Below are positions 34,553 through 41,516 of a stretch of DNA of 64,000 nucleotides, in pieces. The notes beneath the pieces were generated by a model. That model ran no database searches, had not been told where the DNA came from, and saw only the letters and a program-made list of their open reading frames with translations. The DNA is taken from positions 3,297 through 67,296 of the forward strand of contig JAAWDH010000020.1 in the NCBI GenBank assembly GCA_022793675.1, in the 5' to 3' direction. A program made the translations under genes and the position numbers. Origin of the DNA: Oscillospiraceae bacterium (GTDB lineage: Bacteria > Bacillota > Clostridia > Oscillospirales > Ruminococcaceae). How positions within the stretch are numbered: position 1 is the stretch's first letter; the number at the start of each line of letters is the position of its first letter.

Positions 34553-36640
34553 TTAGTCCATATACCACAACATCCGGCTGTAGTTAGGCAGCGGCCAGTA
34601 TTTTTCACCGCAGACGGCTTCCGCAGAATCTGCCGCTGCGCGGAGCACGTTCATGGCGGGGATGACCTGGTCATGGTACGCCCTAGCCGAAGCGAGGGCG
34701 TCCTTTTCCGCAGCCGCCGCTCCGCGGGCTTTGTCCAGTACTTCAATGGCGTCGCTCATGGCGTCGGCGCTGGCGGAAAGCTTTTGCAGCAGCGTAGTTT
34801 CTGCCCGGACGGAGATGGCCTGGGAAACCGCCTTCTTAGCGGCGGCGGCAGCGGCGATTTTCTCCATATAGGCGGCAATCGCCGGCATCAGCTCTTGGTT
34901 GGCCATTTGCAGCATCGTCAGCGCCTCAATATTCAGCACCTTGGCATACCCTTCCAGCGATACCTCGTAGCGGGCGTGCATCTCCACCGGGCTTAGCACC
35001 CCAAACTCTTCAAAAAGCGCAATGTTCTTTTCCCGGAGCAGCGCCGGCAGGGCGTCTATCGTAGAAGGCAGGTTCTGAAGCCCGCGGCGGCCGGCTTCCT
35101 CCACCCATTCGTCGGCGTAGCCGTTGCCGTTAAAAATAATGTTCTTATGCGCCTTCAGTGTCGCCTTGATCAGCCCCATTGCAGCAGCGCTGAAATCCTC
35201 CGCCTTTTCCAGCGCGTCGGCAAATTCCCGCAGCACTTTGGCCGTTGCCGTGTTGATGACCGTATTGGCGTCGGCAATGTTCATATTCGAGCCAGGCATC
35301 CTAAACTCAAACTTATTGCCAGTGAAGGCAAACGGCGAGGTGCGGTTGCGATCGGTGTTGTCTTTCGTAAACTTCGGCAGCACCGCGACCCCCAGGTCCA
35401 TCGCCACCCGTTCGGGGCAGGTGTAAGCCACATCGTCCGCCAGCGAATCGATAATCGCCCCCAGCTCGTCGCCGACAAAAATCGAAATAATGCTGGGCGG
35501 GGCTTCGTTGGCTCCTAGGCGCCGATCGTTGCCGGCGCTGGCTACTGCCGCCCGCAGCAGATCCTGGTAATCGTCCACAGCCTTGATAACAGCCGCAAAA
35601 AACAGCAAGAATTGCAGGTTTTCCATCGGGGTCTTGCCTGGGTCGAGCAGATTGGCGTCCGGCGTGGAGATTGACCAGTTGTTGTGTTTGCCGGAACCGT
35701 TGACGCCGGCAAACGGCTTTTCGTGCAGCAGGCAGACCAGGCCGTGGCGTTCGGCCACCTTTTTCATCATTTCCATCGTCAGCAGGTTTGCGTCTACCGC
35801 GGCGTTGGTGGTCGTAAAAACCGGCGCTAGCTCGTGCTGGGCGGGGGCGACCTCGTTATGCTCCGTCTTAGCTGGGATCCCCAGCTTCCAAAGCTGGCCG
35901 TCCAGCTCCTTCATATAAGCCGATACCCGGGTGCGCAGCGTGCCGAAGTAGTGTTCGTCCAGCTCCTGCCCTTTGGCGGGCGGGCAGCCGAACAGGGTGC
36001 GCCCAGTGAGGATCAAGTCCAGCCGTTTGGCGTAATCCTCCTTGTCAATCAAAAAGTATTCCTGTTCCGCCCCGACCGTGGTCATCACCTGGGGGACTTC
36101 CTTGCCAAAAAGCTTCAAAATCCGCCGGGCCTCATTGCTGATGGCGCTCATCGAGCGCAGCAGCGGCGTCTTTTTATCCAGCGCTTCGCCAGTGTAGCTG
36201 CAAAAGGCGGTGGGGATGCACAGCACCCCGTCTTTGATAAAGGCGTAGCTGGTGGGGTCCCAGGCGGTGTAGCCCCTGGCTTCGCAGGTAGCCCGCAGCC
36301 CCCCCGACGGGAAAGAGGAGGCGTCCGGCTCGCCCTTAATCAGCTCCTTGCCGGAAAATTCCATGATTACGCCGCCGTTCTGGCTGGGGTTGATGAAGCT
36401 GTCATGCTTTTCGCTGGTGATGCCGTTTAAAGATTGGAACCAGTGCGTAAAATGGGTCGCGCCCTTTTCGCAGGCCCAGTCCTTCATGGCGTTGGCTACG
36501 ACATTGGCCACCCCCAGATCGAGCGGCTTGCCTTCGTCGATGGTCTTGCGCAGCGCTTTATAGGTATCGTGGGGCAGGCGCTGGCGCATCACGGCGTCGC
36601 CGAAAACCATACTGCCGAAAAGTTCGGGGATCGTACTCAT
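34553..36640 (-). CDS. glnN: glutamine synthetase type III
   Basis: 695 aa. The N-terminus MSTIPELFGSMVFGDAVMRQRLP.DTYKALRKTIDEGKPLD and the size are typical of GSIII. Confidence 0.9.
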   Translation of the reverse strand: MSTIPELFGSMVFGDAVMRQRLPHDTYKALRKTIDEGKPLDLGVANVVANAMKDWACEKGATHFTHWFQSLNGITSEKHDSFINPSQNGGVIMEFSGKELIKGEPDASSFPSGGLRATCEARGYTAWDPTSYAFIKDGVLCIPTAFCSYTGEALDKKTPLLRSMSAISNEARRILKLFGKEVPQVMTTVGAEQEYFLIDKEDYAKRLDLILTGRTLFGCPPAKGQELDEHYFGTLRTRVSAYMKELDGQLWKLGIPAKTEHNEVAPAQHELAPVFTTTNAAVDANLLTMEMMKKVAERHGLVCLLHEKPFAGVNGSGKHNNWSISTPDANLLDPGKTPMENLQFLLFFAAVIKAVDDYQDLLRAAVASAGNDRRLGANEAPPSIISIFVGDELGAIIDSLADDVAYTCPERVAMDLGVAVLPKFTKDNTDRNRTSPFAFTGNKFEFRMPGSNMNIADANTVINTATAKVLREFADALEKAEDFSAAAMGLIKATLKAHKNIIFNGNGYADEWVEEAGRRGLQNLPSTIDALPALLREKNIALFEEFGVLSPVEMHARYEVSLEGYAKVLNIEALTMLQMANQELMPAIAAYMEKIAAAAAAKKAVSQAISVRAETTLLQKLSASADAMSDAIEVLDKARGAAAAEKDALASARAYHDQVIPAMNVLRAAADSAEAVCGEKYWPLPNYSRMLWYMD

Positions 36641-36697
36641 TGGGGTTTTCCTCCTTTGATGTCCAGAAAAGGCCGTGCTTATGCTCTGGCAGGCTGG

Positions 36698-36738
36698 AAA
36701 ATGAAGAAGGCGCTGGCGGGAAAAGGCCCCGCAGCGCC
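36698..36738 (-). terminator. intrinsic terminator inside the glnN 5' leader (attenuator candidate)
   Basis: RNA sense: GGCGCUGCGGGGCCUUUUCCCGCCAGCGCC (7+4 bp stem, 1 bulge), then UUCUUCAUUUU. Lies between the promoter and the start codon at 36640. Confidence 0.6.
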
Positions 36739-36756
36739 GTTATTGTTACCGCTCCC

Positions 36757-36785
36757 ATTATATGCCCTGCTGGGGCAAATGTCAA
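36757..36785 (-). promoter_or_regulatory. consensus sigmaA promoter of glnN
   Basis: Minus strand: TTGACA-17-TATAAT (TTGACATTTGCCCCAGCAGGGCATATAAT). Confidence 0.7.
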
Positions 36786-36906
36786 GGGGAAATCTGCAGT
36801 TTTGCAGGATTTGTTTATTTAAACTGCATTCTATGGCGCCCCTTGTTCCCATTTTTAGAATAATCGCTGAAATTGTCCAGGAAGATATTTTTTGCCAGCC
36901 AAATAA

Positions 36907-36935
36907 TTGACAGCGCTTTGAAAATGACGTATAAT
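36907..36935 (+). promoter_or_regulatory. consensus sigmaA promoter upstream of purA
   Basis: TTGACA-17-TATAAT (TTGACAGCGCTTTGAAAATGACGTATAAT). Confidence 0.7.
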
Positions 36936-36959
36936 AATCTAAGCGATGGACAAAGGCGT

Positions 36960-37019
36960 TCATCAGAGGGCCCGCCTGGACAGCAAGGATGGAAACCAGC
37001 CCTCTGATGGGCGTTTTTT
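36960..37019 (+). terminator. intrinsic terminator inside the purA leader (attenuator or short sRNA end)
   Basis: CATCAGAGGGC (36961-36971) pairs with GCCCTCTGATG (36999-37009). An inner CCTGG/CCAG helix follows, then GCGTTTTTTA. 65 nt upstream of the purA ATG. Confidence 0.65.
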
Positions 37020-37084
37020 ACTTACTTCCGGCGGCGGGGGAAGCACCCTGCCGCTAAGCCTGGAAAGAGAAAGGGAACGGGTTT

Positions 37085-38365
37085 ATGTTAACGGCAATCA
37101 CCGGCATCAACTGGGGCGACGAGGGCAAGGGGCGGATGGTCGACCTGCTTGCAGGGCAGAACGATATCGTCGTGCGTTACCAGGGCGGCAACAACGCCGG
37201 CCACACCATCGTCAACCCCCAGGGGAAATTTGTCCTGAACCTCCTGCCCAGCGGCATTTTCCACGAAGGCGTGGTCAATGTCATGGGCGGCGGCATGGTC
37301 GTCGACCTGCAGCATTTGGACGGCGAGATTGCAAAGCTGCGGGAAAAGGGGGTGGAAGTCTCTCCGGCGCGGCTGAAAATCAGCGACCGCGCGACGATCT
37401 GTATGCCCTACCATGTCCAGCAGGACGGGCTGGAGGAAGACCGGCTCGGGGATGCGAAGTTCGGGTCGACCCGCCGCGGCATCGCCTATGTCTACGGCGA
37501 TAAGTATATGAAGAAGGCTGTCCGTATGGGCGACCTGCTCCATCTGGACAGCTTAAAGCCCCGGCTTTCGGCGATTGCCCAGTGGAAAAATCTGACGCTT
37601 ACAAAGGTGTATGGCGCGCCGCCAATTGATTTTGACGAGCTTTGGTGTTGGGTAGAAAAGTACGCGGCGGTTTTTGCCCCCTATATCTGCGATACCGGCG
37701 AGTTTTTGGACGAAGCCGACCGCGCAGGCAAGCGGATCCTTTTCGAGGCGCAGCTGGGGGCTTTACGGGACGTAGATTTCGGTATCTATCCCTTTACCTC
37801 TTCCTCTAACGTTATCAGCGCTTACGCCCCCATTGGGGCGGGCATCCCTGGGCGGAAAATCGGGCGCTCAGTCGGGGCGATGAAAGCTTACTCCTCCTGC
37901 GTCGGGGAAGGCCCCTTTACGGCTGAAAAAGCGATGACGGAAGCGGAGAAGCATTTGCTGCGGGAGGCCGGCCACGAATACGGTGCGGCTACCGGCCGTC
38001 CCCGCCGGGTGGGGCCGTTTGATCTGGTCGCCAGCCGTTACGGGGTGCGCTGCCAGGGGGCGGACGAGTTGGCGCTGACGCTTTTGGACGTGCTGGACTA
38101 TATGGAGGAAATCCCTGTCGTAGCAAGATACCGCCTTGACGGCGAGGAAACGAGCCGTTTCCCGATGGGCGAAGCGCTGAACCGGGCTGAACCGGTAGTC
38201 GAAACCCTGCCCGGCTGGCGGTGCGACATCACGGGCTGTCGTAAGCCTGCCGACCTGCCGGAAAACGCCCTTGCCTATATCCGTTATATTGAAGCAGGCG
38301 TGGGCTGCCAAATCCGCTATGTTTCAGTTGGCCCTGGCCGGGAGCAGATCGTCATCATGGATTAG
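37085..38365 (+). CDS. purA: adenylosuccinate synthase
   Basis: ITGINWGDEGKGRMVDLL (P-loop), GGNNAGHT and TTRRGI-like motifs. 426 aa. Confidence 0.95.
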   Translation: MLTAITGINWGDEGKGRMVDLLAGQNDIVVRYQGGNNAGHTIVNPQGKFVLNLLPSGIFHEGVVNVMGGGMVVDLQHLDGEIAKLREKGVEVSPARLKISDRATICMPYHVQQDGLEEDRLGDAKFGSTRRGIAYVYGDKYMKKAVRMGDLLHLDSLKPRLSAIAQWKNLTLTKVYGAPPIDFDELWCWVEKYAAVFAPYICDTGEFLDEADRAGKRILFEAQLGALRDVDFGIYPFTSSSNVISAYAPIGAGIPGRKIGRSVGAMKAYSSCVGEGPFTAEKAMTEAEKHLLREAGHEYGAATGRPRRVGPFDLVASRYGVRCQGADELALTLLDVLDYMEEIPVVARYRLDGEETSRFPMGEALNRAEPVVETLPGWRCDITGCRKPADLPENALAYIRYIEAGVGCQIRYVSVGPGREQIVIMD

Positions 38366-38750
38366 GAGGATACGAGAGGTACGGAGAGTACGGGGGTACG
38401 GGTCGCTTTTGAAAAAGCTCCGCAAAACTTTTAATCGCCCGGGTACGCATCAGCACAGCTTAATCCACCTACTGCGTCGGTACCGCTGACCAACCGCGAC
38501 ATCTCACGCCATGTTTTTCGCTTACAAGCCGCCGAGCAGAGCCAGGCGGCAAACGTGAACAGTCTGCCGGCACAGCCGGCCGCCTACTGCGTCGATAAGC
38601 AGATGGAACAGCCTGCCTGTAACCGCGGGAGAACCGGCTATGCCTTTCCGCAGCAGAAATCCGGCTTGCTGGATTTCCGACGCGAAGTAAAAGTTTTGCG
38701 AACTTAGCTCTGCTAAGCTTGGCTTTCTTTAAAAGCGACCGTACTCTAGG
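38366..38750. repeat. full composite copy filling the purA-guaA spacer (A x4 - B - H - E - H - C' - B' - A')
   Basis: Starts the nucleotide after the purA stop and ends 20 nt before the guaA ATG. 38431-38579 is the inverted twin of 53474-53622. Confidence 0.9.
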
Positions 38751-38770
38751 CATAAGAAGGGAGAATGCTA

Positions 38771-40300
38771 ATGGAAAAGGAAAAAATTGTCGTATTGGAT
38801 TTCGGGGGTCAGTATACCCAGCTGATTGCCCGCTGTATCCGCGAAGCTGGCGTTTATAGCGAGATTTACCCCGCCCATACCCCTGCGGAAAAGTTCGCCG
38901 ACGGGAGCCTGAAAGGCGTTGTCCTTAGCGGCGGCCCGGACAGCGTTTACGCCCCTGGGGCTAAGCGCCTGCGCCCAGATGTGCTGGCGCTGGGGCTGCC
39001 GGTCCTTGGCATCTGCTATGGGATGCAGGAGCTTTGCTGCCAGCTGGGCGGGCAGGTCGCCGCGCCGGAAAGCCGGGAATACGGGCCTACCCCTATTACA
39101 TTTGGTGCCCATCCGCTTTTTAGAGGCATTGACGCCCAGACGGTTTGGATGAACCACAACGACCAGGTGATGGCGCTGCCCGACGGCTTTGTTTCGATTG
39201 CCCGCACGGCAAACTGCCCGGCAGCCGCTTTTGCCGATAACGGGCGGAAAATCTACGGCGTCCAGTTTCATCCGGAGGTTACCCATGGGCAGATGGGCGC
39301 AAAGCTCTTTTACAACTTCTGCCGGGAACTCTGCGGCTGCGAAGGCAGCTGGCGGGTTGAGGACTTGGCCGGGCAGCTGGTTGCTGAAATTAAAGAGAAG
39401 GCTGGCGGCAAAAAGATTATCTGCGGGCTTTCCGGCGGCGTAGATTCGTCGGTTGCGGCGGTGCTGGCCCATAGGGCTGTCGGCGACGACCTGACCTGTA
39501 TTTTTGTCGACCACGGCCTGCTGCGGAAAAATGAAGCCGAGGAGGTCATGGGCTTTTACGGCGGCAGCCTGGGCATGAAGATTGTTAAGGTGGACGCCGC
39601 CGCGCTGTTCCTGGGCAGGCTTCAGGGCGTGACCGACCCGGAGCAGAAGCGTAAAATTATTGGCGAGGAGTTTATCCGCGTGTTTGAGCAGAAGGCGGCG
39701 GAACTCGGCGGCGCAGACTATCTTGTCCAGGGAACCATCTATCCTGACGTGGTCGAGTCCGGCGCTGGGGAAAGCGCCGTCATCAAAAGCCACCATAACG
39801 TCGGCGGGCTGCCGGAGGATATTTCTTTTCGGGGGCTTATCGAGCCGCTGCGCCTCTTTTTCAAGGATGAGGTTCGGCGGCTGGGTGAAAGCCTTGGCAT
39901 TCCCCATCAGCTTGTCTGGCGGCAGCCTTTCCCCGGCCCTGGGTTGGCTATCCGGGTTATCGGTGAGATCACCGAGGAAAAGCTGCGGATTGTCCGGGAG
40001 ACTGACCAGATTCTCCGCGATGAGATTGCCGCCGCCCATCTGGATGAAAAAATCTGGCAGTATTTCACCGTAATGACCGGCGTACAGACGGTCGGCGTTA
40101 TGGGGGACGGCCGAACCTACGAATATGTAGTTGCCGTCCGGGCCGTGACCAGCGACGATGCGATGACCTCTTCCTTCGCCGAAATCCCCTATCCCATCCT
40201 GGCGAAGATATCCAGCCGGATGGTCAACGAAGTACAGGGCTGCAGCCGGGTGGTTTACGATATTACCTCGAAGCCGCCAGCCACCATTGAGTGGGAATGA
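38771..40300 (+). CDS. guaA: glutamine-hydrolysing GMP synthase
   Basis: GATase domain (VLDFGGQYTQLIARCIRE, ICYGMQ), ATP-PPase motif SGGVDSSV and C-terminal PPATIEWE. ATG 38771 lies behind GGGAG. Confidence 0.95.
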   Translation: MEKEKIVVLDFGGQYTQLIARCIREAGVYSEIYPAHTPAEKFADGSLKGVVLSGGPDSVYAPGAKRLRPDVLALGLPVLGICYGMQELCCQLGGQVAAPESREYGPTPITFGAHPLFRGIDAQTVWMNHNDQVMALPDGFVSIARTANCPAAAFADNGRKIYGVQFHPEVTHGQMGAKLFYNFCRELCGCEGSWRVEDLAGQLVAEIKEKAGGKKIICGLSGGVDSSVAAVLAHRAVGDDLTCIFVDHGLLRKNEAEEVMGFYGGSLGMKIVKVDAAALFLGRLQGVTDPEQKRKIIGEEFIRVFEQKAAELGGADYLVQGTIYPDVVESGAGESAVIKSHHNVGGLPEDISFRGLIEPLRLFFKDEVRRLGESLGIPHQLVWRQPFPGPGLAIRVIGEITEEKLRIVRETDQILRDEIAAAHLDEKIWQYFTVMTGVQTVGVMGDGRTYEYVVAVRAVTSDDAMTSSFAEIPYPILAKISSRMVNEVQGCSRVVYDITSKPPATIEWE

Positions 40301-40461
40301 CCGTCAAAACGGCGCAAATCCCGCATGAATACAGGTGCTGAATACCCTGGGAAACAGTGTGAAAGGTAGTTGTATTTTCCCGCCTGAGAAATATCAAGTG
40401 CGGCCCCCTCTGGCTTGAGGCGGCAGGAACTGCGAATTTTCAGCGCCAGAATGGAACAGGG

Positions 40462-41172
40462 GTGATTTTCTTGACCTACGTCTTTTCTGACATCCACGGC
40501 TGCTATGGCCAGTACAAAACGATGCTGGAAAAGATCCGTTTTGGGCCGTCGGATAGCCTTTATATCCTCGGCGACGTAATCGACCGCGGCCCGGACGGCG
40601 TCAAAATCCTGCAAGATATGATGGGGCGGCCCAATGTCTTCCCCATCTTGGGCAACCACGAGCTGACCGCTGCCCTCTGTCTGCCCTGGCTTTTGAAGGA
40701 GATTACCCACGAAAGCCTTGCCGAGTTGGACGGGATAACGCTTGCCGCCCTTGGCGACTGGCTGGAAAACGGCGGCGAGCCGACCCTCAAGGCCATCCGG
40801 CAGCTTAGCCGCGAAGAGCAGGCGGAGCTGTTGTCCTATATCCGGGATATGGAGCTTTACGCGGAAGTGGAAGTACAGGGCCGCAGTTTTGTCCTTGTCC
40901 ATGCCGGGCTTGACCATTTTGAGCCGGACAAGCCGCTAGACGAGTATGACCTGGAAGATTTCCTTTACGCCAGGCCAGACGCCGACAGCGCCTATTGGCC
41001 GGAAAAAACGGTAGTTTTGGGCCACACCCCCACGAGGCTTTTGAGCGGGCAGGATAAAATCCTGTCAAAGGGAACCATGATCCGCATTGACTGCGGCTGT
41101 AATTTCGGCGGCCCATTGGGCTGCCTTTGCTTAGACACCATGGAGGAATTTTATGTCGAAGCAAACCGATAA
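40462..41172 (+). CDS. metallophosphoesterase (PrpE/ApaH-like Ser/Thr phosphatase family)
   Basis: SDIHGCY, GDVIDRGPDG and GNHE motifs. Confidence 0.85.
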   Translation: MIFLTYVFSDIHGCYGQYKTMLEKIRFGPSDSLYILGDVIDRGPDGVKILQDMMGRPNVFPILGNHELTAALCLPWLLKEITHESLAELDGITLAALGDWLENGGEPTLKAIRQLSREEQAELLSYIRDMELYAEVEVQGRSFVLVHAGLDHFEPDKPLDEYDLEDFLYARPDADSAYWPEKTVVLGHTPTRLLSGQDKILSKGTMIRIDCGCNFGGPLGCLCLDTMEEFYVEANR

Positions 41173-41273
41173 GACAATAAAAATACAGCGCGTCCTGCCA
41201 GGTACGCCGCTGTGGGCGGAGCTTATCCGCTATGCGGCGACCTCGACTTTATCTTTGAGAGAAAGCTTTAATT

Positions 41274-41516
41274 GGGGGAATACGGGAGTACGACGCTTTC
41301 TGAAGGAAAGCCTAGCTTAGCAGAGCTAAACTGCAAAGACTTTTCATCGCCAGGGTACCTAAATGCCCTAACATAAAATCCTACTGCGTCGGTAACAGGT
41401 GGTTCCGCTTACCGACGCAGTAGGATATTTTTAAGAGGCACTCAGATGTCTTAGCGATTAAAAAGTTTTGCAAGGCTTTTTCAAAAGCCGTCGTACTCCC
41501 GTATTCCCCCGTATCC
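41274..41516. repeat. complete palindromic copy of the modular intergenic repeat (MITE-like): A-B-H | H'-B'-A'
   Basis: 41274-41295 GGGGGAATACGGGAGTACGACG is the exact reverse complement of 41489-41510. There is an internal 17-bp perfect hairpin, TCCTACTGCGTCGGTAA (41379-41395 / 41409-41425). Core B is on both arms (left arm with an AGCCTAGCTTAGCAGAGCTAA insertion). Confidence 0.9.

Noticed and set aside
36941-37019. ZTP (pfl) riboswitch upstream of purA
   Set aside because: Only CCGCCTGGACA resembles the 3' strand of the motif. The conserved 5' sub-domain (GGGUCGUGACUGGCG ... ACCGGG) is absent, and the leader before the hairpin is too short.
40301-40461. Possible riboswitch or ncRNA in the guaA-phosphoesterase spacer
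   Set aside because: Only weak hairpins are present, with no match to any motif I can recall and no promoter/terminator pair.
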